From Oscillospiraceae bacterium (GTDB lineage Bacteria; Bacillota; Clostridia; Oscillospirales; CAG-272): 43,903 bases of DNA. The stretch spans positions 1 to 43,903 of the forward strand of contig SVSZ01000004.1 in assembly GCA_015064025.1 (NCBI GenBank), given 5' to 3'. The notes beneath the pieces were generated by a model. That model did no database searches. It had not been told where the DNA came from and saw only the letters and a program-made list of their open reading frames with translations. Positions 35,879 to 43,903 of this stretch are shown here, one piece after another; the stretch's first letter is position 1; every line of letters starts with the position of its first letter. The translations under genes were made by a program, and so were the position numbers.

Positions 35879-38120
35879 CGGATGTCTCCTTCTCTGCAAA
35901 ATGATACGTGCCGCCATTCAATTCCTCACGGTAGCCCGAAGGCAGCGTGAGGGTCGCCTTGACATCGTCGGGAATTTCAAATTCGTAATACACGGTGTCC
36001 CCCTTGTAGTACCAAAGCGCCACGATCCTTCCGCTTCTCGATTCGATCGACGCCTTGGCAAACCCGAGCCTGCGGTCCGGGTGAGGCGTCAAGGAAATTC
36101 GACGGTATGCGGGAGAGATGGGGACAATTCCCACGCTCTTTCCAAAAATCCAGTCATACACCGCACCGTAGGCATAGTGATTGAAGGAATTCATGTCGGT
36201 GCTCCAGAAGCTTCCGTCCTCCTTTTGACTGTTCCAATGCTCCCACATGGTCGTAGCACCGTGGGTCACGGAATAGAGCCAGGAGGGGGATTGCTCCCGG
36301 AACAAAAGATCGTAGGCAAGGTCACCATGCCCATTCTCCGAAAGGGCATGGAGCAGATAGGGAGTTCCCACAAAGCCCGTCGTCATACGCGTACCGTTTT
36401 CACGGATCATTGCGGCAAGACGGTCGGCAAAGCGCAACCGATCCTCCTCCCTGCAAAGACCGAAGGCAAGAATGAGGGCATATGCCGTCTGCGTTTCATT
36501 CGGTGGGTTCTTTTGCGCGTGGGCGTCATCCATAGCAAGGTCGGGAAGCTGGCGGAGATTGCCGTCGGCAAGATAGCGTTCCCTGAACGCCGCCACCACG
36601 CGGCAGTGCAGATCCTCATATTCCCGCATATCGTACCCCAGCGCCTTTCCCGCGCGCACAAGGAGCGACGCAGAGTGGGCAAAATAAGCACTCGCGATCA
36701 AGTCCGTAGAGGTCGCGCCAACGTAGCTGTCCTCCCCGTGATCCATCGCAAGCCAATCTCCGTAGTGATGCCCCTCCAGCCACAGATATTCCTCCGGACC
36801 CGCGTGATGCATATACTCCACCCATTTTTTCATCATGGGGAAATATTTTTCCAGCATCTCCGTGCTACCGTAAGCCATATATATCTCCCACGGGATCACA
36901 CAAGCAGCATCCGCCCAAGCGGCGGAAATACGCCCGCGCCCCGGAAAACAACGGGGAATGATCTCGGAAACGCCGCCGTCCTCATACTGCTCCAGCGCCA
37001 TATCCCCAAGCCACTTGTCAAAAAAATTTTCCACGTCATAATTGATGGCGGCAGTGCGGCAGAAAACCTGCGCATCTCCCGTCCACCCAAGGCGCTCGTT
37101 CCTTTGCGGGCAGTCGGTGGGAATATCCAAATAGTTGGATTTCTGCCCCCAGATGATATTGTGATAAAGCTGATTGATCTTTTCGTTTCCACACACGAAA
37201 TCTCCCGTGCGCTTCATTTGCGAATGTACGACGATCGCGCGGAAGGAGGCGGGATCCACAGCATCCAAGGGGTATTCCGTCAAGCGCACATAGCGAAAGC
37301 CGTGATAGGTATAGCGCGGCTTGAAAACGTCCTCTTCGCCGCTGCAGACGTACAGATCCTCGCTTTTTGCAGAACGCAAATTGGCATTGTAAAAGTTGCC
37401 ATCCATATCCAAAACCTCACCGTGATGAAGCAGGATGCGCGAGCCGCGAGCTGCCTTGATGCGAAGCTCCACGTAGCCCGTCATGTTCTGACCGAAATCC
37501 AGAACCGTCTCCCCCTTGGGAGTTCTGATCACCTCAACGGGAGCGAGGCGCTCTTGCTCGGTGATCCATTCGCCCACCTGCCCGACAAGCTCCCCTTCCA
37601 CCTGTGTCACGCTTGCGTTACCGAGCGCATGGATCGGGGCGGTCTTGTCGATCCACTCCCCATCGTAAATATCCGTAAACAAAACCTCGGAGGAATACAC
37701 GTGCCAATCCTCATCGGTCACAACGGTCTCCTCTGCGTCCTCGTAAGAAAGTGTCAGGGAAGCAATTACCGCGACAGAATCACCGTAAACGTTCCTCCGA
37801 TCATCGCCGCACCCGATTCTGCCAACCGCCCAACCGTTACCGACACCGATCTCAAGACGGTTTTCCGCCTTCGTGAGCGCGGTCACATCATAGGTTTGGT
37901 ATTGAATGCGGTACTGATAGGAGGTCCACCCGGGCATCAGCACAGCGTCACCTACGCGCACACCGTTGATAAAAGCATCGTAAATTCCCACAGAGGACAC
38001 CGAAAGCGTCGCCCGCAAAAGCTTCTTTTTTACAGAAAAATTCTTTGCAAAGGTCAGGGGACGCTTTTTCTCCGTGCCCTCAAGGGTGATCCATTTTGCC
38101 TTTTTATCCATCATCGTCAT
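35862..38120 (-). CDS. Alpha-L-rhamnosidase (GH78)
   Basis: PGWTSY, YQTYDVT, DFGQNM.G, TYHGFRYV, IPTDCPQR.ERLGWTGDA, GATT.WE.W and MNSFNHYA.G motifs. Confidence 0.94.
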   Translation of the reverse strand: MTMMDKKAKWITLEGTEKKRPLTFAKNFSVKKKLLRATLSVSSVGIYDAFINGVRVGDAVLMPGWTSYQYRIQYQTYDVTALTKAENRLEIGVGNGWAVGRIGCGDDRRNVYGDSVAVIASLTLSYEDAEETVVTDEDWHVYSSEVLFTDIYDGEWIDKTAPIHALGNASVTQVEGELVGQVGEWITEQERLAPVEVIRTPKGETVLDFGQNMTGYVELRIKAARGSRILLHHGEVLDMDGNFYNANLRSAKSEDLYVCSGEEDVFKPRYTYHGFRYVRLTEYPLDAVDPASFRAIVVHSQMKRTGDFVCGNEKINQLYHNIIWGQKSNYLDIPTDCPQRNERLGWTGDAQVFCRTAAINYDVENFFDKWLGDMALEQYEDGGVSEIIPRCFPGRGRISAAWADAACVIPWEIYMAYGSTEMLEKYFPMMKKWVEYMHHAGPEEYLWLEGHHYGDWLAMDHGEDSYVGATSTDLIASAYFAHSASLLVRAGKALGYDMREYEDLHCRVVAAFRERYLADGNLRQLPDLAMDDAHAQKNPPNETQTAYALILAFGLCREEDRLRFADRLAAMIRENGTRMTTGFVGTPYLLHALSENGHGDLAYDLLFREQSPSWLYSVTHGATTMWEHWNSQKEDGSFWSTDMNSFNHYAYGAVYDWIFGKSVGIVPISPAYRRISLTPHPDRRLGFAKASIESRSGRIVALWYYKGDTVYYEFEIPDDVKATLTLPSGYREELNGGTYHFAEKETSGGNIL

Positions 38121-38162
38121 TTTCCTCCTATCAAACAGAAAACCGTGTCGGCTTCCAAACCC

Positions 38163-38191
38163 ATTTTATCACAGGTTCCTTTCTTTGTCAA
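38163..38191 (-). promoter_or_regulatory. Sigma-A promoter of GH78-MATE
   Basis: TTGACA - 17 bp - TAAAAT with extended TG. Confidence 0.7.
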
Positions 38192-38192
38192 C

Positions 38193-38241
38193 AAAAAGCC
38201 GCCTTGATGATCCGATTTTTGGGGATCGCCAAGACGGCTTT
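38193..38241 (-). terminator. Terminator of the ABC exporter operon
   Basis: AAAGCCGCCTTG / CAAGACGGCTTT stem just after the stop, with a T-tail on the minus strand. Confidence 0.65.
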
Positions 38242-38247
38242 CGCAAT

Positions 38248-40122
38248 TTAAGTGGAAAGCCCCGCAAATTGGTTTTGGTACAGCTTTGCGTACTCTCCAC
38301 CCATGGAAAGAAGCGTGTCGTGGTTTCCTGACTCTGCAACGCGTCCATCCTTGATGACAACGATCACGTCGGCATCGCGGATGGTGGAAAGTCTGTGTGC
38401 AATGATCAGTGAGGTACGGTTCTTCATCAATGCCACCATTGCTTCTTGAATATGCATTTCCGTACGGGTATCAACGTTGGAGGTCGCCTCGTCTAGGATC
38501 AGAATCTTTGGATCTGCCAGCACCGCACGCGCGATCGCCAAAAGCTGTCTCTGCCCTTGGGAAAGATTTGCCCCCGCCTCCGAGAGCACTGTGTCATATC
38601 CGTCGGGCAAGCGCTCGATGAATCGGTCCGCGCGTGCCGCACGCGCGGCGGCAACCATTTTTTCATCACTCGCCTGCATGTGCCCATACTTGATGTTGTT
38701 GCGTATGGTATCCGAGAAAAGCACCGTGTCCTGTAAAACGATTGCGATCATATGGCGAAGCTCTGCCTTTGGAATGCGCGTAATATCCACGCCGTCGATC
38801 GTAATGCGCCCTCCGTCAAGCTCGTAAAAGCGTGTCAGAAGATTGACAACGGTCGTTTTTCCGGAGCCCGTAGCCCCCACAATGGCAATCTTCTGCCCGG
38901 GATGAACGGAAAGATCAAGCCCCCGAAGGACCTGCTCCCCGGGAACATAGCCAAAATCGATCTTCTCAAACGAAACGTCCCCGCGCACCGCTTCGAAAGC
39001 CAGGTGCTCTTTCCCTTCATCGATCTCGTCCGCGCTGTCCATGATCTCAAAAATGCGTTCTGCACCCGCAAGCGCTGTGAGGATGCTTGCGTACTGGTTC
39101 GCGATCTGGTTGATGGGGTGGGTGAATTTTTTGGAGTATTGAAGCATTGCCTGAATGCTTCCCACCGTAACGTGTCCGATACCGCTCAGCACCATGCCCG
39201 CACCCGTAGCGGCGATCAGCACGTATTGCAGATTTCCGACAAAGTTCATGATCGGCCCCATGATCGATCCCCACACCTTTGCCTTGACCGCGCAGGAGCG
39301 AAGCTCGCACGAAACTGCGGCGAACTTCGCTACAGCCTCCTCTTCCTTGCCAAAAGCGATCACCGTTTTGTAGGAGGTGACGCTTTCCTCGACCTGACCG
39401 TTGAGCTGTCCCAAAAGCTTTTGACGGCGCACAAAATATTTGCGCATCAATTTTCCAAGCATTGAGGAGATTCCGATCGACAGTGGAATGCTTACCATGG
39501 CGATCAGAGTCATTTCCCAGCTCAGATAAAGCATCATGGAAAAGGCACCGACCAAAGTCAGAATGCAGGAAAAAAGCGTTGTGATCGATTGGGAGATCGC
39601 ATTGGAGACGTTTTCCACATCGTTTGTCATTCGTGACATGATATCTCCGTGACGGTGTGAATCGGTATATCCGATAGGAAGGCGCGATATTTTCTTGAAC
39701 AGATCGCTCCGCATCCCACGCACGGTCAATTGAGAAAGCTTTGCTGAAAGGATCCCTTGAAAGAGGGAAAGCGTCGCACTGCATACAAAGATGCCTGCCA
39801 TGATGATAAGACAGCTCACGAGCGCATCCATCTCTACGCGGATCTGCCCGTTTTCAAACTTGAAGGTGTCAATCGCCTTCGCCTGGAAGAAGGGTCCCAA
39901 CAGATCTGCCGCCGTCACCGCCAGCATAATGATCAGAAGCAAAATAAGGATCAGCTTGCTTCTTCCGATGTAGCGAAGCAAGCGTCCGATCGTCGCGCGC
40001 GTTTTTTTCGGCTTTTCAACGCTCATGCGTGCCGCCATAGGACCGCCGCCACCGGGACCGCGTCTTCCGCCCAATGGAACGATCGGAGGATTGCCCGCAT
40101 CTCTTCTCGGTTGATTGTTCAT
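38248..40122 (-). CDS. Heterodimeric multidrug-type ABC exporter, subunit 2 (TMD+NBD)
   Basis: GDIMSRMTND, GATGSGKTT, LSQGQRQ, LDEATS and IAHRLSTI motifs. Confidence 0.93.
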   Translation of the reverse strand: MNNQPRRDAGNPPIVPLGGRRGPGGGGPMAARMSVEKPKKTRATIGRLLRYIGRSKLILILLLIIMLAVTAADLLGPFFQAKAIDTFKFENGQIRVEMDALVSCLIIMAGIFVCSATLSLFQGILSAKLSQLTVRGMRSDLFKKISRLPIGYTDSHRHGDIMSRMTNDVENVSNAISQSITTLFSCILTLVGAFSMMLYLSWEMTLIAMVSIPLSIGISSMLGKLMRKYFVRRQKLLGQLNGQVEESVTSYKTVIAFGKEEEAVAKFAAVSCELRSCAVKAKVWGSIMGPIMNFVGNLQYVLIAATGAGMVLSGIGHVTVGSIQAMLQYSKKFTHPINQIANQYASILTALAGAERIFEIMDSADEIDEGKEHLAFEAVRGDVSFEKIDFGYVPGEQVLRGLDLSVHPGQKIAIVGATGSGKTTVVNLLTRFYELDGGRITIDGVDITRIPKAELRHMIAIVLQDTVLFSDTIRNNIKYGHMQASDEKMVAAARAARADRFIERLPDGYDTVLSEAGANLSQGQRQLLAIARAVLADPKILILDEATSNVDTRTEMHIQEAMVALMKNRTSLIIAHRLSTIRDADVIVVIKDGRVAESGNHDTLLSMGGEYAKLYQNQFAGLST

Positions 40123-41936
40123 GCGTCAACACCTCCCCTCACGCTTTCCTTCATCTGAGAATTGTAGATTTCACGGTAAGTCTCACACCGCATCAAAAGC
40201 TCGTCGTGCGGCGCACAATCGATAATCGTGCCACCTTCTATGACCGCGATACGGTCGGCATGACGGACGCTCGCAATGCGCTGTGCGATGAGGATCACTG
40301 TCGTCTCCTTCAAATGCTCACGCAAGGCAGCCCTGAGTCTTGCCTCGGTCGCAAGGTCAAGCGCCGAGGTAGAATCATCCATAATCAGCAGCTCCGGCTT
40401 TCGTGTCAGCGCACGCGCAATGGAGAGACGTTGCTTCTGTCCCCCCGAAAGAGACGCACCCTTCTCAGCCACAAAGCTGTCATAGCCCTCGCGGAAGCTC
40501 ATGATAAAGTCATCCGCCTGCGCAATACGCGCAGCCTCGCGGATATCCTCATCGCTTGCCGTAGGGTCTCCCCAACGAATGTTATTTGCCACGGTATCCG
40601 AAAAGAGCTCGCTTTTTTGAAGCACGTAGCCCATCTTATGACGCAGAGCTCTAAGATCATAGGATCTGATGGAAACACCGTCGATCTCAACCTCTCCCTC
40701 CGTCGCATCGTAAAAACGCGGGATCAAATTGACAAGCGAGGTCTTACCGCATCCCGTTGCACCGATGATCGCAAGCGTCTCTCCGCGTCGCACCTCAAGA
40801 TTGATGTCATGCAGAACGTCGGATTTCGTTTCGGGATAGCGGAAGCTTACGTTCTTCATGCGAACGATCACGTCGCTGCCCCGTCCCGTTTCACTGCCAC
40901 CGACGATCACAGGCTCGGTGTGAAGCACCTCACGCACACGCTTGGCAGATGCCATCGCACGGGAAATGGATTGAAACATCATCGTCGCCATCATAATGGA
41001 GTTTACCACCTGCGTTACGTAGGTCACTCCTGCCATCACAGTACCCGTGCTCATTCCCCCGATTCCCGCATTGAGGTCGATCGCACCAATGTAAAGAAGC
41101 GCGATCACCGCTCCGTTTTGCACCACGTGCAAAACGGGAGTCACGATCGCCATCAGCTTGAGCACGCGATAATTGACCGAGCAGAGCTCATCGTTTGCCC
41201 TATCAAAGCGTTCGTTTTCAAAATCCTCGCAAACGTATGCCTTGACTACGCGCGCACCGCTGACGTTTTCCTGCACGACCGAATTGACGTTATCAAGCTT
41301 CTTCTGAATCACGGAATACATCGGGATCGCGCGTCGAAGCACCAAGAAGATCGTCACGGCAAGAACGGGAAGCGCACAGAGAAGGATCACGCCAAAATTG
41401 ACGTTCAGCATAAGGAGCATCACAGTACCGCCCACAAAAAACACGGGAGCACGCACGAAATGTCGTGTGATCATCTCGACAAATTCAACGATCATCGTCA
41501 CGTCGTTTGTCATACGGGTCACCAAAGACCCCGTGGTAAAGCTGTCCGTCTGCTCCAGGGACAGGGACATGACACGGCGGTATGCATCTCTGCGCAGATC
41601 GTGTCCAAAGCTCTGCGCGGCACGGGCAGAGGTGTATGCACAAAAGGTTCCGAAAAATCCGCCGATCAGAGTAATGCAAAGCATCAGGACACCAAAGGTC
41701 AGAACGATCTGAAACTGCGTAAAGTCCTCGCCATACAAGAAATGCATGATCGCCCATGCGATCCCGCCCGTTTCGCGGATATCTACAAGTCCTCCCTCCA
41801 GAATTCCAAAATCCACGATATAAGACATTAAAAAAGGAAGGCAAAGGTCCGCAAGTACCTCAAGCATCATCATCACGGGAGAGATGATAGCAAGAAACAA
41901 ATATGGTTTTATGTAAGATTTCAAGCTTCTTTTCAA
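40119..41936 (-). CDS. Heterodimeric multidrug-type ABC exporter, subunit 1 (degenerate NBD)
   Basis: SLVTRMTND, GATGCGKTS, LSGGQKQR, MDDSTSALD and IAQRI (degenerate Walker B and switch); TTG start after AAGGAGG. Confidence 0.92.
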   Translation of the reverse strand: MKRSLKSYIKPYLFLAIISPVMMMLEVLADLCLPFLMSYIVDFGILEGGLVDIRETGGIAWAIMHFLYGEDFTQFQIVLTFGVLMLCITLIGGFFGTFCAYTSARAAQSFGHDLRRDAYRRVMSLSLEQTDSFTTGSLVTRMTNDVTMIVEFVEMITRHFVRAPVFFVGGTVMLLMLNVNFGVILLCALPVLAVTIFLVLRRAIPMYSVIQKKLDNVNSVVQENVSGARVVKAYVCEDFENERFDRANDELCSVNYRVLKLMAIVTPVLHVVQNGAVIALLYIGAIDLNAGIGGMSTGTVMAGVTYVTQVVNSIMMATMMFQSISRAMASAKRVREVLHTEPVIVGGSETGRGSDVIVRMKNVSFRYPETKSDVLHDINLEVRRGETLAIIGATGCGKTSLVNLIPRFYDATEGEVEIDGVSIRSYDLRALRHKMGYVLQKSELFSDTVANNIRWGDPTASDEDIREAARIAQADDFIMSFREGYDSFVAEKGASLSGGQKQRLSIARALTRKPELLIMDDSTSALDLATEARLRAALREHLKETTVILIAQRIASVRHADRIAVIEGGTIIDCAPHDELLMRCETYREIYNSQMKESVRGGVDA

Positions 41937-41997
41937 AGCAATTCCTCCTTCGGAATATTTTTCCAAGGAAACAGTCCCCTGTTCCGAAATATTTCTT

Positions 41998-42465
41998 TTA
42001 TACTTCCGTATGCTTTTCTTTTTCCTCGGGCAAAATATTGTCACGCATTCGCATAAGGAATCCAAGCAAGAGCTTCGTTTCCTCCTCGTCAAAGCCCTCC
42101 ATAAGCCGCCCGTCCAAGGTTTTGAGCCGTTCAAAAACACGCCGATTGTGCGCCCTTCCACGCTCTGTCAAAAGCACGCGGACCATCCGCTGATCCGTCT
42201 TGTCCTGTACACGCATCACAAGCCCCTCGTCCTCCATCCTCTTCAGCACCACGCTCACGGTGGGTGCCTTCAGATGTGTCAGGCGTGTCAATTGCAATTG
42301 GCTTACTCCATCCTCGTGCGCAAGCTCTCGCATGATCAGCCTTGCGCTGTCCTGAGACATGACGCCCTCAAGATCGTACGCCTTCATCTGTCCTTGAAAA
42401 AGGCGTGAGATTTCATTGACAAGCATCGGTGGCGTGGGATGTGGGCATCTTCTTTTGTTTTCCAT
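41998..42465 (-). CDS. MarR family transcriptional regulator
   Basis: GVSQ..L.......PTVS..LKRME.EGLV.R..D..D.R...V.LTE.G winged-helix motif. Confidence 0.93.
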   Translation of the reverse strand: MENKRRCPHPTPPMLVNEISRLFQGQMKAYDLEGVMSQDSARLIMRELAHEDGVSQLQLTRLTHLKAPTVSVVLKRMEDEGLVMRVQDKTDQRMVRVLLTERGRAHNRRVFERLKTLDGRLMEGFDEEETKLLLGFLMRMRDNILPEEKEKHTEV

Positions 42466-42491
42466 TTCCTTCCTCCCTTCTTCACATAAAA

Positions 42492-42585
42492 TTAGTTTAT
42501 CAATAAATCAAATTAGATTATACAACTTTGCAAAAAGCCCTTCAAGAACATTTTGTAAACAAAAAGTAATTTATTGATAAACTAA
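42492..42585 (-). promoter_or_regulatory. marR promoter flanked by two inverted 17-bp operator copies
   Basis: TTGAAG (42545-42540) - 17 bp - TATAAT (42522-42517); TTAGTTTATCAATAAAT (42492-42508) and its exact reverse complement (42569-42585). Confidence 0.7.
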
Positions 42586-42804
42586 CCTTTTCGTCGGATC
42601 AAGACCTCGCTTTATGGTTATCATGGGTATCATTGTTACACATGAAAGTGAGATTGGCGACGCACATTAATATCAGCAAAAAAAGGGCAGGCTCAGAAGA
42701 ACGCATGAGCCGCCCCTTATAATTGCCAATTTAAAAATCACGGCTTGCGGAGACAAAAAGCCCCTGTGCCTCCGTCGCCCTCATATAAAGGAAAGGTAGA
42801 AACG

Positions 42805-43896
42805 ATGAAAAAACGAATTTGGAGGCTTCGGCTCTCCTCCCTGCTCATCTGCGGTATCCTTCTCGGCTCCCAAACGGTACCTCTTGCGGCGGAAACATCC
42901 GAAAAGGAGATCGCTTATGCCATGAGCAATGAAATCACCGCATCCACGGACACCGTCGCTCTCGACGCCGAAGAGCTGTTTCTGACAGACACCATACCAA
43001 CCGTCGCCCCCGAGGCATTGAAGGATCTTACCGTTTATCCCGGCGGCATGCCCTTCGGTGTGAAATTCTACACCGAGGGCGTTACCATTGTTGGCTTTTG
43101 TGACGTTGAAAGTGATCGAGGCAAGGTCAACCCCGCAAGCATCGCCGGTCTTAAACAAAAGGATATGATCCTCAAGGTCAACGGTGAAGCATTGATCAAT
43201 GCCGCCGACCTTACCGCTCGCATCGAAGCATCCGAGGGCGCTGAGCTGACGCTCCTGTGCCGTCGCGCGGGACGCGAGTTTGAGACGAAGCTCAAGCCTG
43301 TCTATTGCCCTGCCGAATCTCGCTACAAAACAGGCATATGGGTACGCGACAGCGGTGCGGGCATCGGAACGGTCACCTTCATCCTGCCCGACACAGGCAC
43401 CTTTGCAGGTCTTGGACACGGTATCTGCGACGCAGAGACGGGAGCACTTGTCCCGATGAAGCGCGGAAGCGTTTCCGACGTCACCATCTCCGCAGTTGTC
43501 AAAGGAGAGGCGGGAGACCCCGGAGAGCTCAAGGGATATTTCAACGCGGGCAAGGTCGGGGCGCTCCTTGGAAACTCGGCATGCGGTGTTTGGGGAATGT
43601 TCTCCGAGGTTCCCGAGGTAGACACTGCCCCTCTTCCCATTGGTCTGAGAGATGAGATAAAGGAAGGGGACGCGTATATCCTTTGCACGCTTGACACCAA
43701 TAAGATCGGAAAGTACAGCGTTAAAATCTCCAACATCAATCGCGATGCCACGGGCTCAAAATGCTACACCGTCACCGTCACAGACCCCAAGCTTCTCTCT
43801 GCAACCGGTGGGATCGTACAAGGAATGAGCGGAAGCCCCATCATCCAAAACGGCAAGCTCGTCGGAGCCGTCACCCACGTGTGTGTCAATCTATGA
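42805..43896 (+). CDS. spoIVB: SpoIVB serine peptidase (S55, PDZ domain), C-terminal tail apparently missing
   Basis: VYPGG.PFGVK, PDZ region, G.WVRD..AGIGT.TF, LGHGI.D and TD..LL..TGGIVQGMSGSPIIQNGKLVGAVTHV; ends CVNL*. Confidence 0.92.
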   Translation: MKKRIWRLRLSSLLICGILLGSQTVPLAAETSEKEIAYAMSNEITASTDTVALDAEELFLTDTIPTVAPEALKDLTVYPGGMPFGVKFYTEGVTIVGFCDVESDRGKVNPASIAGLKQKDMILKVNGEALINAADLTARIEASEGAELTLLCRRAGREFETKLKPVYCPAESRYKTGIWVRDSGAGIGTVTFILPDTGTFAGLGHGICDAETGALVPMKRGSVSDVTISAVVKGEAGDPGELKGYFNAGKVGALLGNSACGVWGMFSEVPEVDTAPLPIGLRDEIKEGDAYILCTLDTNKIGKYSVKISNINRDATGSKCYTVTVTDPKLLSATGGIVQGMSGSPIIQNGKLVGAVTHVCVNL

Positions 43897-43903
43897 TACC
43901 TAC

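Noticed and set aside
35652-38207. 851-aa plus-strand ORF
   Set aside because: Antisense shadow of the GH78 gene; no motifs or RBS.
40074-41831. 585-aa plus-strand ORF (similarly 11104..12021 and 29395..30486)
   Set aside because: Antisense shadows of the ABC exporter, cysS and the nagA-like gene.
42590-42800. Forespore sigma-F/G promoter for spoIVB
   Set aside because: Expected biologically, but I could not identify a convincing consensus match by eye.

Overview
Chromosomal segment of a spore-forming, moderately GC-rich Clostridia-type bacterium, judged from spoIVB, sigma-A-type promoters and Firmicutes RBSs. Most of it is core or housekeeping content: a miaA-HlyD-like-yggS-sepF-yggT-ylmH cluster, fumC, two MATE pumps, cysS, rnhA, Lrp plus aminotransferase, cyclophilin, Mini-III and a MarR-controlled heterodimeric ABC exporter. 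It also carries carbohydrate genes: GH95, GH78, an unassigned TIM-barrel GH-like protein and a sugar-phosphate isomerase. No rRNA, tRNA, CRISPR array, integrase or transposase was seen. Five things stand out. (1) A ~2 kb AT-rich islet at 19.87-21.82 kb holds an XRE repressor, three ATATGAC-N5-GTCATAT operators and a divergent operon of three unknowns (a membrane-anchored protein, an exact 5x18-aa repeat protein and a Cys-rich miniprotein). (2) A divergent NagA / CBM9-like / NagB-like / YjbQ operon looks like an uncharacterised amino-sugar pathway. (3) A highly ordered multi-junction hairpin element lies at 210-375. (4) spoIVB lacks its usual C-terminal tail at the right edge, which may mark an insertion junction. 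(5) An intergenic cluster of DnaA-box-like motifs with a Spo0A box lies near 26.9 kb. All product calls come from motif recognition by eye, with no database search, and several start codons were re-chosen from RBS position.
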